Assembly (NCBI GenBank): GCA_002269645.1
Contig: NIVC01002002.1
Location: 1 to 64,000, forward strand
Direction of reading: 5' to 3'
Length of the DNA stretch: 64,000 bases
From: Macrostomum lignano
Lineage: Eukaryota
Shown here: positions 1-12,641 of the stretch, piece by piece
Position numbering within the stretch: position 1 is the stretch's first letter
How the letters are laid out: the number at the start of each line of letters is the position of its first letter
Notes under the pieces: model-generated
Database searches by the model: none
Told to the model about the DNA's origin: nothing
The model's input: the letters and a program-made list of their open reading frames with translations, nothing else
Program-made: the position numbers and the translations under genes

Positions 1-720
1 ACCAAGCTGTACGACGCATTGGGCAGATCGAGCGCTCCCAAGAAGCCGGGAGAAAGAGCTTCGATGAACTGACCAAACTACTGGCCAGCATCTGGAACAA
101 AAGACGTTCGTCATGGCTGAGAGATTTCAATTTCCAGCATATCACTCGCACGGCATCAATGAGCATTCGTGAGTATGCACAGAACTCTGCATGCAAGCAG
201 ACAAGTGTCAGTTTGGCCTATCCAGAGATGAGAGACTGAGAGATCAGCTCGTATTCGGTTTGAATGACAAGGTGGCCATCAGCAAGTTATTGGAACAGGA
301 CTTCAGCACTCTCACATTTGAGACACTATCAACATCGCTGAGGCGCACCAGAACCTATCACAAACGCAAATACTAAAAGGTTGCACAGTCAGCCGCAGTC
401 TTCTGAAGTAATGAAAATTTCAGCATCGGTGGCCAGAGGCTCCCACTCTACAAGCTCAAGTGTGGCAGTGTGGCACGATGCATGGCTCCAATGGAGGGTG
501 TCCTGCGAAAGGAAAAACGTGCAACAAATGTGGCATGCAAAACCACTTCGCAACAGTTTGCAAAACGAAATCAACTGGTTTTGGCAAAGGCCGAAAATCG
601 TTCAAAAGCCCGTCAGCATCTGGTCAATTTAGGCGAGCTGCAGTGTGGCCAAGGACCACAAGCTTTGTAGATGCAAGCGAAGCTGAACAGGAGGATTTTT
701 TCACATTCGCATCCCGTTGA
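1..720 (+). pseudogene. Gypsy gag fragment with several frameshifts
   Basis: ORF 191-376 contains CQFG...LRDQLVFGL. ORF 460-720 contains (C)WQCGTMHGSNGGCPAKGKTCNKCGMQNHFATVC, two CCHC-type knuckles as in Mag-clade gag. The frame switches near 90-150, 330 and 460. Confidence 0.85.
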
Positions 721-780
721 TAGCTACACCGTGCCTGTTAGGCTCAGACACACGAGCGGGTCGATGCCTAGCGTGAACGC

Positions 781-3634
781 ACAATCGATACTGGGGCAGG
801 AGTTTCGGTAATGTCAAAAACGATCTGGAAACGATTGGGTTGTCCAAAGCTGACACCTACAGACACTGTTCTGACAACATACGCTGATACGCAGATGAAG
901 GTCTTTGGAACACACGAAACTGAGTTGGAGTACAATGACGAGTTCATTCCAATCACATTCTTCATTGTGGAATCGCAGAGGAACTTTGTTCTGGTTGGCC
1001 GAGACAAGCTCAATTTCACGCTAAACGCTGTAGACAACAGCTGCACATCGGCAACCCAGTCATGCGAATTTCCACCAGTAACTCTTAAGATCAAGGAAGG
1101 AACCACTCCAATTCATTGCAAACCCAGGCCGCTACCCTTCGCACTCAGACAGGGAGTCAAGGATGAAATCGATCGGTTGCTTGAAGAAGACACCATCAAG
1201 CCCGTCAAGTTCAGTGAATGGGCCTCACCAATTGTCGTGGTCAAGAAACCTTCTGGAAAGCTCAGACTTTGCGTCGACTACAAGGTGACAATCAATTCTC
1301 ATCTTATCAACGATTCATATCCGATGCCTGCACCTGACGAAGTGATTGCAACTGCTGCTGGCAGCCGGATATACACTCGTCTGGACCTAGAGAAAGCTTA
1401 TCACCAGATCCCACTAGATGAAGCTTCCAAAGAGCTGACAGTAATGTCAACACCATTTGGGATGTTCGCTTTCAACAAGCTTCCCTTCGGAGTGAAAACA
1501 GCACCTGCGATCTTCCAGCGGTACATTAGCCAAGTCCTACAAGGAATTCCTGGCGTCATTGCCTACGTAGACGACATATTGATATGCGGCAAAGGCGTAG
1601 AACAATTGGCAGTTCGTGAGACGGAAGTATTGCATCGACTAAACCAGCAAGGATTGAAGATCAACACGGCGAAAAGTGAATTCCGCAAGACTTCGATCAA
1701 GTTTCTAGGCTACTTATTGGAAGGAGATCAGCTCAAGCCGGACCCAGCCAAAGTGAAGGCAATCCAGGACATGACACCACCGCAGAACGTTGGCGAGCTT
1801 GAATCCTTCCTGGGTCTCGTAAATTTTAGCGGCAAGTTCATCAGAAACCTAGCTGCACTGACCAAGCCTCTCAATCGACTAAGAAAGAAAAATGAGGACT
1901 TCGTGTGGACAAAGGAAGTGTCAAATAGCATTTGACGAAATCAAGGTCACTCTCTCTGATCAATCGAGTCTTCAAATATTTGATCCGGAGAAGCCCATTG
2001 AACTGGAATGCGACAGTTCTCAGCGAGCTCTGGGCGGAGTGTTGACACAAAGCGGTCAAGTCGTGCTGTACATGAGCAAACTCTGTCTGACGCCGAAACA
2101 AAATATTCGCAAATAGAGCGTGAAGGCCTGGCACTGGTTTGGTGCATTCAAAGATGCCATCGGTTCTTGTATGGCCGGAGGTTCACACTGATAACTGATC
2201 ACCGGCCCCTCACATACATATTCGCGCCAGACAAACAGCTGCCCACCAGAGTTTCAGCTCGACTACAACAATGGGCAATCATACTAGCTGCTTATGACTA
2301 TGACATACAGTATCGACCATCAAAGCTAATGCTGTCGGATGCGCTATCTCGACTTGTGCCCGCTAAGCCGAATGCACAGACAGCATCGATCGGACTCCTC
2401 GAAGCTGACAACCGGGAGTAATTCAGCTGGATCGAATTGCACACGCAACCAGAGAGGACCCGGAGTTCAGATGCCTGGGCGCAGCCATAATTAACAATAA
2501 TCTATTTGACGACCCACAGCTAACTGTCAATGATGGAATTATTTACAGAATGAACAGATTTGTATTGCCTCGTGTCCTGAGAGAAACTGCCCTGGCAGCT
2601 GTACACTCAACGCACCTTGGGTGGAAAAGTCAAAGTCGATTTTGAGGGAACAGTTCTGGTGGCCACAGATGGACCGTGACATCGCTGACTACATTGGACG
2701 ATGCAACGTGTGCAACGCGTGCAAGTCCAGAAATAAGAACTTTCGGCACTCGCGGCCAGAACCAGACAACCCCTGGGAGCGAGTGCACATTGATTTTGCC
2801 GGTCCGATAGAGGGCAAGTACCTACTCATCATTGTGGATGCGCACTCGAGCTACCCGGAAGTCTTCATCACGAGCGACATGAAGGCCGACACAGTCATTT
2901 CCAGACTTAGAAGATTGTTCTCACAACAGGGGGTGCCCAAGTGTCTCGTGTCAGACAACGGCCCTAGTTTTGTGAGCGAAGCGGTGACCGGCTGGCTCAC
3001 CCAGATTGGCTGTTCGCACATCACAACGCCCGCCTACCATCCACAGAGCAACGGCATTGCAGAGCGAATGGTGCGAACCGTCAAAGAGACAATCAAGACC
3101 AATGGTTTATCCCAAAGAAGTATTGACAGATTTCTACTGTTCTACAGAGCTGCCAAAGGGAAGCAGCAAGCATCACCGTCCGAGTTGTTGAACGGCAGAC
3201 AAATAAGACTCCCCATCTCGGAGAGCAGCACTCAGTCCAAGTGGATCCCAGGAGAATCACTCATCTACCGTGCATCGAGTTCTCATGAGCCACGAACTGT
3301 GAGATTCGCCAAAATGCTTGGCAGCAACACAGCAGTCGTCACCACAGAGACTGGACGAAATCTAAAGACCCACCTCGATCAACTACGAATCGGTGAGGTA
3401 CCTGAGGCTCACGGAATTACGGAAATGGGGGATTCCAAGCCCGGTGGCAACGGTCCAAGTGACGACGGCCAACAGACGCGTCTGTCATCGACAGACACTG
3501 AGATACTACCGGGAACAGAACAAGCTGAGAGAGCACAACAGCAACAGACTGAGGCCGGAGTTCAATCCAAGCCGTCACCCAGGCGAAGCGAACGCTTGGC
3601 CAAGAAAAGTAGAATTTTTATCGCACCTGAGTGA
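781..3634 (+). pseudogene. Gypsy pol (PR-RT-RNaseH-IN) split by frameshifts near 1920, 2090 and 2420-2620
   Basis: ORFs 811-1935, 1892-2116, 2008-2421 and 2621-3634 carry consecutive pol motifs in different frames. The protease DTG codons (787-795) are in frame with the 811 ORF. Confidence 0.93.
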
Positions 3635-3653
3635 TAATTGTACACCTACCTAT

Positions 3654-3666
3654 AGAAGAGGGAGGG
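3654..3666 (+). promoter_or_regulatory. Polypurine tract of the Gypsy element
   Basis: AGAAGAGGGAGGG lies 20 bp after the integrase stop and directly abuts the TG start of the LTR. Confidence 0.85.
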
Positions 3667-3776
3667 TGTTGTGGGTTGATGGCTTTGCCATAGACATTTT
3701 TTTACGCGACTGCGTTGATGAATTGAACTATGCTATTGAGTTATGAAATAAATGATAGACGCGTCAGAGGTCAACA
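3667..3776 (+). repeat. 3' LTR, 110 bp
   Basis: Starts TGTTG and ends CAACA (perfect 5-bp inverted termini). AATAAA at 3747-3752. Follows the PPT. Confidence 0.8.
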
Positions 3777-4339
3777 GACCGCTAGACTGACAATTGCCAA
3801 AGGCTAAAGCCAAAAGCACAACAATATCATACATCATATATTACATCATCACTTTCGCATGCTCTTAAACCTTCATACATGTACGATTAATTATGCCTCT
3901 CAGTAACAGCTACAGCTTTATTGTTATTAAAAGCTACATGAATATATACATACCATTTACTCTCCTAAAGCTGAAAAACTCAAAAGTGCTGAGTTGATTA
4001 ATGAAGCCTTTTTCAGAGGCCAAAGCCTTTTCGTTATTTATAACGCAATGACACAATGACTCTATCCTTTTTCCCTCTCTCCAAAGAGCACCCAAGTCTC
4101 TTGTGAAAGATAATTTACTAAATCTGAATGAATGCTAACATACAGCATAACTGCTTGATTAAACTTTGACAACTGACGCACAGGAAGTCCGTTTTTTGGC
4201 TGGAGGTGAAAGTCTGAATAGGCTGAGGCTACCGGCTATGCCCCCGACACCACAATAAAAGGGACTTTTCTCCTTTCTTAGCTTCCATCTCTCACCGTTG
4301 GCTGTCACATAACACAGCCAGTTCACGCCAGCCAAGAAC

Positions 4340-4712
4340 CAAGGACTCCCAAGATACACTTCAAGTCAATGGACTCCCAAAATACATTTCCAGTCCAGTC
4401 CACTCCACTCCAAAAATACACGTTTAGTCCAAGGACTAACAGATATTTCTAGTCCAAAGATAAAAAAATAAATTTCTAGTCCAAAGACTCCCAAAATACA
4501 TTTCCAGTCCAAGAACTTCCAAATTACATTGCCAGTTCAAGGACTCCCAAAATACGTTTTTAAACTTAAGAACTCCCAAAAAACACTTTTAGTCCAAGAA
4601 CTTCAAAAATACATTTCCAGTCCGAGGACTCCTAAAATATGTTTTCAATTCAAGAACTTACAAAATACACTTCTAGTCCAAGGACTTCCAAAAAACTTCT
4701 AAACCAAGGACT
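4340..4712. repeat. Degenerate minisatellite, about 28-30 bp unit (AGTCCAAGGACTCCCAAAATACATTTCT-like)
   Basis: About 12 diverged copies visible. Confidence 0.7.
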
Positions 4713-5119
4713 AGAATGAATCCCGAAAAAGCTCGTATTCCCAGACTCGGAAGGCAGGCCATTGCATCTCGATTAATCTCAATCTGCCACGAAACTGTCC
4801 TTGAACTCGAATTCGCCTTGAGCAAATGCCAGTTTTCCAACTGCTCATTTTAAGATTGATTGCTTCAGTCGGATGCGAGAGAATTGAGGGGGGTCGCCAA
4901 AGGCACCCCGAGGCAAACTAGCTCTCTCCTCCACCTGCAGCTTCCTGGCGTCCTTCGGTATTTTTCCTTTGAGACTTAAGACTGACTGACTTTCTATCCA
5001 CGAAGTGCACCACGAAGATCTTCACTTACTTTTCATAATTGTACTTGTCTTTAACCAAATTATGTGAAAGCTGATCATCTGATGCTGAGCAGTTTAACCT
5101 ATTGTTCATACTATTGAGC

Positions 5120-6230
5120 AGTAATTAGCTCATATGATTGAGCAGTCATTAGGCTATTAGCTCATATGATTGAGCAGTCATTAGCTCATATGATTGAGCA
5201 GTCATTAGCTCATATGATTGAGCAGTCATTAGCTCATATGATTGAGCAGTCATTAGGCTATTAGCTCATATGATTGAGCAGTCATTAGCTCATATGATTG
5301 AGCAGTCATTAGCTCATATGATTGAGCAGTCATTAGCTCATATGATTGAGCAGTCATTAGCTCATATGATTGAGCAGTCATTAGCTCATATGATTGAGCA
5401 GTCATTAGGCTATTAGCTCATATGATTGAGCAGTCATTAGCTCATATGATTGAGCAGTCATTAGCTCATATGATTGAGCAGTCATTAGCTCATATGATTG
5501 AGCAGTCATTAGGCTATTAGCTCATATGATTGAGCAGTCATTAGCTCATATGATTGAGCAGTCATTAGCTCATATGATTGAGCAGTCATTAGCTCATATG
5601 ATTGAGCAGTCATTAGCTCATATGATTGAGCAGTCATTAGGCTATTAGCTCATATGATTGAGCAGTCATTAGCTCATATGATTGAGCAGTCATTAGCTCA
5701 TATGATTGAGCAGTCATTAGCTCATATGATTGAGCAGTCGTTAGCTCATATGATTGAGCAGTCGTTAGCTCATATGATTGAGCAGTCATTAGACTATTAG
5801 CTCATATGATTGAGCAGTCATTAGCTCATATGATTGAGCAGTCATTAGCTCATATGATTGAGCAGTCATTAGCTCATATGATTGAGCAGTCATTAGCTCA
5901 TATGATTGAGCAGTCATTAGCTCATATGATTGAGCAGTCGTTAGCTCATATGATTGAGCAGTCGTTAGCTCATATGATTGAGCAGTCATTAGACTATTAG
6001 CTCATATGATTGAGCAGTCATTAGCTCATATGATTGAGCAGTCATTAGCTCATATGATTGAGCAGTCATTAGACTATTAGCTCATATGATTGAGCAGTCA
6101 TTAGACTATTAGCTCATATGATTGAGCAGTCGTTAGCTCATATGATTGAGCAGTCATTAGCTCATATGATTGAGCAGTCGTTAGGCTATTAGCTCATATG
6201 ATTGAGCAGTCGTTAGCTCATATGATTGAG
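5120..6230. repeat. 24-bp minisatellite (TTAGCTCATATGATTGAGCAGTCA) with periodic 8-bp insertions
   Basis: Near-identical tandem units. Source of the spurious MIEQSLAH ORFs. Confidence 0.97.
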
Positions 6231-6644
6231 TTGCACACACGGGACACGCCTCATGAAATTTTCATTAATTTTGCTGAGCAGAAGAGATTATAGGATTTTC
6301 CAGACAGCTAGATATCTCTTTATTTCCCATTGGGGCCACACCTTCTTACAGTATCTGATGTAGTTACACGGCTTCTCAGCCTTCTGCTTCATCCTTGTCG
6401 CGTTAATCCTGTCTTTGTTAATTAATTAATATGGAATTTTCACTTCGCAGCGGGTGGTGTTATTTATTACTCTCCAGCTTAGCCAGGTTGATAGTAAGAA
6501 AGCTATCACGTGACTTATGGTCCTCAGCCTTCAAGGTCTGCTGCACATTTTAAATTATGACTGCAGTGCCAGGTAAAGCGGGGATATTGGTGACGAACAC
6601 TTCAAAATTGGGGGAAATTCATTAGACAATATTAGTAGCAAGGA

Positions 6645-7600
6645 ATTCTAGGGTCTGTACAGGTACTCTAGGGTCTGTGACAGGTACTCTAGGGTCTGTA
6701 TAGGTACTCTAGGGTCTGTGACAGGCACTCTAGGGTCTGTGACAGGTACTCTAGGGTCTGTGACAGGTGCTCTAAGGTCTGTGACAGGTACTCTAGGGTC
6801 TGTGACAGGTACTCTAGGGTCTATGACAGGTACTCTAGGGTCTGTGACAGGTACTCTAGGGTCTGTGACAGGTACTCTAGGGTCTGTGACAGGTGCTCTA
6901 GGGTCTGTGACAGGTACTCTAGGGTCTGTATAGGTACTCTAGGGTCTGTGACAGGTACTCTAGGGTCTGTATAGGTACTCTAGGGTCTGTGACAGGCACT
7001 CTAGGGTCTGTGACAGGTACTCTAGGGTCTGTGACAGGTGCTCTAAGGTCTGTGACAGGTACTCTAGGGTCTGTGACAGGTACTCTAGGGTCTATGACAG
7101 GTACTCTAGGGTCTGTGACAGGTACTCTAGGGTCTGTGACAGGTACTCTAGGGTCTGTGACAGGTGCTCTAGGGTCTGTGACAGGTACTCTAGGGTCTGT
7201 GACAAGTACTCTAGGGTCTGTGACAGGGTACTCTAGGGTCTGTACAGGGTACTCTAGGGTCTGTGACAGGGTACTCTAGGGTCTGTACAGGTACTCTAGG
7301 GTCTGTGACAGGTGCTCTAAGGTCTGTGACAGGTACTCTAGGGTGTGTGACAGGTACTCTAGGGTCAGTGACAGGTACTCTAGGGTCTGTGACAGGTACT
7401 CTAGGGTCAGTGACAGGTACTCTAGGGTCTGTGACAGGGGCCGGGTTCTATGGTTTTTGACAGGTGCTCTTGGGTTTGTGACAAAGTTTTAGTGTCTGTG
7501 ACAGGGTTCTTTAATCTCTTCAGTCTGTGATAGATGCTCTAGGGTCTGTGATAGAGTTTCAGGGTCTGTGACAGGTAGGTGCTTTAGGGTCTGTGACAGG
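6645..7600. repeat. 21-bp minisatellite (GTGACAGGTACTCTAGGGTCT)
   Basis: Tandem units that degenerate at the right end. Source of the TGTLGSV ORFs. Confidence 0.97.
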
Positions 7601-8062
7601 GGTTAGGTAAGGTGCGAACCGGCTTGCTCTGCTATCCGCGTAGCCCCATAAATCCGGGCGCTGAGACTTTTAAATACGAGTATTTTCTGGAAACTTGAAA
7701 AGCGTCGAAAAAATCGTACAGTGAAACGCGGTACGCGGGTCCAACACAAAGGAGGGTGTTGCATTAACAACAGGGGAAAATATAGCAAAAATTTTTTACT
7801 ATAGACTGTAGCACCCTGTTCATCTTTGAATCTATCCTCATTTGTTGACATCCATGCAGCGGTGTGTTAGTCACGCAATCTGTCCGGGTGACTGCATGGA
7901 TTCTACGATTAACCTGGAGGCGGGACACAGAAGAAGTCTACGAAGACTTTTATCTGGTTTGGACTTTTCTCTTCGATTCTCCGCTGTTCCTGCATGGCAT
8001 TGTCTGTACTTTTATGTAACACAGTCCTTTGAGTACTTTGATTTTTTGTCCGTCTGGCTTGC

Positions 8063-8430
8063 GCATCCTGAGCATTCCCAATGGCTAATACATCCTGAGC
8101 ATTCCCAATGGCTAATACATCCTGAGCATTCCCAATGGCTAATACATCCTGAGCATTCCCAATGGCTAATACATCCTGAACATTCCCAATGGCTAATACA
8201 TCCTGAACATTCCCAATGGCTAATACATCCTGAGCATTCCCAATGGCTAATACATCCTGAACATTCCCAATGGCTAATACATCCTGAACATTCCTAATGG
8301 TTAATACATCCTGAACATTCCTAATGGTTAATACATCCTGAACATTCCCAATGGCTAATACATCCTGAACATTCCTAATGGTTAATACATCCTGAACATT
8401 CCTAATGGTTAATACATCCTGAACATTCCA
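8063..8430. repeat. 27-bp minisatellite (CATCCTGAGCATTCCCAATGGCTAATA)
   Basis: About 13 tandem units. Source of the HPEHSQWLI ORF. Confidence 0.95.
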
Positions 8431-9231
8431 ATGATCGTTGCAGAGTCTACTCGTAAATGCGAGGGACACTAAAAAGTTCAGAGAGATGGAGGGGCTTTCT
8501 GATCTTCAGATCATTGAGATTCTGTATATCAGCATCTCCATCTATCGAAGAGCTTCTCTGCCCAGGTGGATTCCACCAATTTCGACAAGCGATCAGAAGT
8601 CAATGCGGGTCCGTGTGAGTGACTTCCATCCGTTTCCAATTCTTAAGCGAGCGCTCCGTAGCGGCAATTTGACTGTGAATCACGTAGTTTGTTTTAAATG
8701 CTTTCAAAGCTTTATCCACCTGAAATTGGTTTGAAAACAATCATCTTTATGGGCAATTTTCATGCATTATTATTCTGGAAAAAAATATGAAAATACTGAA
8801 AAACAAATATGAAAGACCGGCTCGTGTCGATTCTGACTGCGAGCATAAAGAATTTCCTTATTCTTTTATAACCCTAGTGGTATTCGGTGCAGTTGCACTT
8901 GTAACATTGGAATATTTTGCCTTGTAAAGTGCTGCTTGCAGTGCTGCTTACAAAATTGGTTGCTTTTATTGACTGATGAATAATGAAAATTTGCATTTGC
9001 TGGCTGCTTTTAAAAATAACTACCGCTCTGCTTCTTTCTTTACACAACGTTGCTTTGGGAAACTAAGAAGCCAATATTAATATGAACAATAATAACAGGA
9101 AAATGCATACATACCCTCGTACATACTGTATACACTCAGCGACATGTTAAAGCTTCCAACCCGAAACCAGTTGGTCAACAAGTGGCAGCTTCAATTCAAC
9201 TCTTAGCCATGACTCTCCACTCTCTCCTCAC

Positions 9232-9450
9232 CAGCCCAAGCGAACTGCATCGCCCACAGTTGACAGGAATGGCGCCAACTTGAGTCTGAGATCTGAGGAA
9301 AGTCAGAACACACAAAGCCAGTTTGGGACTGGAATATACGCGACACTGTAGACAAAGAGTAGGGAACTCTGCCAGAAAAAGTTTGTCCTATAGAAATTTC
9401 CTGTCCATAATTAAAAAAACCGTCACAGTTCAGATTAGCAAAACCATAAA
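9232..9450 (-). CDS. Candidate isolated internal exon of an unresolved gene
   Basis: ttcattgccag acceptor, 219 nt open reading (YGFANLNCDGFFNYGQ...WAMQFAWA), G|gtgagg donor, phase 1 to phase 1. No partner exons resolved. Confidence 0.3.
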
Positions 9451-10117
9451 CTGGCAATGAAGACAGGACATGTCCACAGTGCCATAGGGAGGTAGAAATT
9501 AGTGAAGTTCACAATTCTTGTCTTAAAGTGCATTTGGAACTTTTTTCTAATTTCGCTGCATTAATTAGTTCTCCTTAAAAATATTGTATTATACAGTACA
9601 AAAAGCAGCGCCAACATTTATTAATAACAATAGTAATAAGTATATATATCGTCCTAATTATATTGATATCTTAATGATGCATGTTGGTTTGATTCGACAA
9701 ACAAGTCGAAATGTCAGACAGGCCGCACAGGACAAAACGCAGACAGAACACAACAACAAATATGTATAGCTGGCAGTCGTGGACTTTTCCGATCTAATAA
9801 TCATTTCCTTGCATACCTTTTACTTATAACATTCACGACATGCTCATCTTGTCTACTACTAAAAGTTATATTCCGCCAGGTGACTGATTCACCGCTTTTA
9901 GAAAGCAACTAGCAGTCAGGGCGCCCCCGTTGGGAAGCCAACAATGAATGGAATATGTACAAATTTCTGAATAAACTACATGTAGCTTCTCTTTGGTATA
10001 AACCTCAGCAATTATCCTTGTAAGAATTGAAATTCGTAAGCCTTGACAGCTCAGCAATGCCCCCCCCCTAAGCCTATCTCAACAAACCTCCCGCCAGACT
10101 AGAAATCTCAGCAATAC

Positions 10118-11437
10118 CCTATCCCTAACCCAAACCTAGCCCTAAACCTAACCTTAACCCTAACCCAAACCTAGCCCTAAACCTAACCTTAACCCTAACC
10201 CAAACCTAGCCCTAAACCTAACCTTAACCCTAACCCAAACCTAGCCCTAAACCTAACCTTAACCCTAACCCAAACCTAGCCCTAAACCTAACCTTAACCC
10301 TAACCCAAACCTAGCCCTAAACCTAACCTTAACCCTAACCCAAACCTAGCCCTAAACCTAACCTTAACCCTAACCCAAACCTAGCCCTAAACCTAACCTT
10401 AACCCTAACCCAAACCTAGCCCTAAACCTAACCTTAACCCTAACCCAAACCTAGCCCTAAACCTAACCTTAACCCTAACCCAAACCTAGCCCTAAACCTA
10501 ACCTTAACCCTAACCCAAACCTAGCCCTAAACCTAACCTTAACCCTAACCCAAACCTAACCCTAGCCCTAAACCTAACCCTAACCCTAAACCTAACCCTA
10601 ACTAAACGTATCCCTAGCCCTAAACCTAACCCTAACCCTAACTAAACGTATCCCTAGCCCTAAACCTAACCCTAACCCTAACTAAACGTATCCCTAGCCC
10701 TAAACCTAACCCTAACCCTAACTAAACGTATCCCTAGCCCTAAACCTAACCCTAACCCTAACTAAACGTATCCCTAGCCCTAAACCTAACCCTAACCCTA
10801 ACTAAACGTATCCCTAGCCCTAAACCTAACCCTAACCCTAACTAAACGTATCCCTAGCCCTAAACCTAACCCTAACCCTAACTAAACGTATCCCTAGCCC
10901 TAAACCTAACCCTAACCCTAACTAAACGTATCCCTAGCCCTAAACCTAACCCTAACCCTAACTAAACGTATCCCTAGCCCTAAACCTAACCCTAACCCTA
11001 ACTAAACGTATCCCTAGCCCTAAACCTAACCCTAACCCTAACTAAACGTATCCCTAGCCCTAAACCTAACCCTAACCCTAACTAAACGTATCCCTAGCCC
11101 TAAACCTAACCCTAACCCTAACTAAACGTATCCCTAGCCCTAAACCTAACCCTAACCCTAACTAAACGTATCGCTAGCCCTAAACCTAACCCTAACCCTA
11201 ACTAAACGTATCCCTAGCCCTAAACCTAACCCTAACCCTAACTAAACGTATCCCTAGCCCTAAACCTAACCCTAACCCTAACTAAACGTATCCCTAGCCC
11301 TAAACCTAACCCTAACCCTAACTAAACGTATCCCTAGCCCTAAACCTAACCCTAACCCTAACTAAACGTATCCCTAGCCCTAAACCTAACCCTAACCCTA
11401 ACTAAACGTATCCCTAGCCCTAACCCTAACCCTAACA
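10118..11437. repeat. Interstitial telomere-like compound satellite built from CCCTAA variants (35-bp array, then 40-bp array)
   Basis: 10118-10555: unit CCTAAACCTAACCTTAACCCTAACCCAAACCTAGC (35 bp). 10560-11420: unit TAAACCTAACCCTAACCCTAACTAAACGTATCCCTAGCCC (40 bp). Confidence 0.95.
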
Positions 11438-12641
11438 AACGAGGGCCTTCGGGTGGGAAGAAGTCCCGTTTTGCTCGCGTAGCATCCGTACTTCGCCGTG
11501 GCGAATTTAATTAGTTATTTTTTCTCAGCTGGAAGCCCGGCCCAGTTTCTTACTAGCTTGCAGACAGCTCTGCGCTGGGTGGGGCTATTTTTATTACTTT
11601 CCCTAGCCCGCCGACGCAAACTCCCGACCTTAGGCAGGCAATTGGCACAATTCGTGTTGTTAAATTTATACGATCTAATGAACTTTTCTTAAACGAGTAA
11701 CGAACTTGTTCGGCTCATTAATTCGTGTACTTTTCTGTCCCGTCTGGTTTAATTTACACCTTTCAAAGCCACCACAGCACCTAAAGCCGATAGTCTATGG
11801 CCATCCGTTGTAGTTTAGACAAATTGTGTTACTCAGGCTGATATCTGAAAAAAAGTTGACTACTGTTGCTAAGTGTATCTGATAAATGTGCCGATTTAAC
11901 ATTTTACTTCGTCTGTGCAAGCAAAAAGCCAAAGTCATAGGTAGTTAACTCAATAAGCAGCATCTAGCTTAAGTTTATTTGGGATGAGATATACAGAACT
12001 GGTGGCGCTTAAATTATTAGAACAAAGACTGAAAATTTAGCAAAGCAACAAAAAATTAAAAAAAAAACTTGATGGACTTAAAACTCCCCGACCTTAGACA
12101 GGCAGTTAACATAATTCGTTGTTAAATTTATCGAACCTAACGAAGTGATTTTCTTCAATGTTTAGTTTGCTAACCCAATAGGTGTGGTGCAGAAAAATAG
12201 CGAATAATATATTTCGAAAACTTTTCGACAAAGAACACTAAGAAGAACGCGGTAAGTAAATGACAAGTAAACTCAGCATGGACGAAAAAAACTATTTTTT
12301 GTGTGAATTAAAATTTACAAATGCAATGCTGCTTTGACAAGGCTCATAGGTTCGTTATGAGTTAGCTAAAGTCTTTTTTAAGCGTTTCGATTCATGCAAC
12401 ATCGTCAAAGCTCTAAAGTTGCACGAAAATAAGGTCAATGCAACAACAGTCAGCTGTGGGTCATGAGTAATATTAGTAAAAAAAATTTTAGTATAATGGA
12501 TAAGTTCAATTTTATGTTGTTAATTGCGAACGAAGGTGTCGCTTCTCGCAACCGTCGTCAAGTTACGATCGAACCAATGTTATGCAAGTTTCGAGAAGCT
12601 TCCCCCGTGTGACTCTTTCGTGCTGAACTCTACTTAGTTGC

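Larger units (their letters stand above)
1..3776 (+). mobile_element. Ty3/Gypsy LTR retrotransposon (Mag-like), 5' end outside window, frameshifted
   Basis: Domain order is gag (RDQLVFGL motif, double Zn knuckle), protease (IDTGAGVSV at 784-810), RT (WASPIVVVKK, LRLCVDY, YVDD), RNase H (LECDSS, YSQIEREGLA, TDHRPL), integrase (HIDFAGP, SDNG, SNGIAERMV), then polypurine tract and LTR. RT-RH-INT order is the Gypsy arrangement. Confidence 0.95.
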
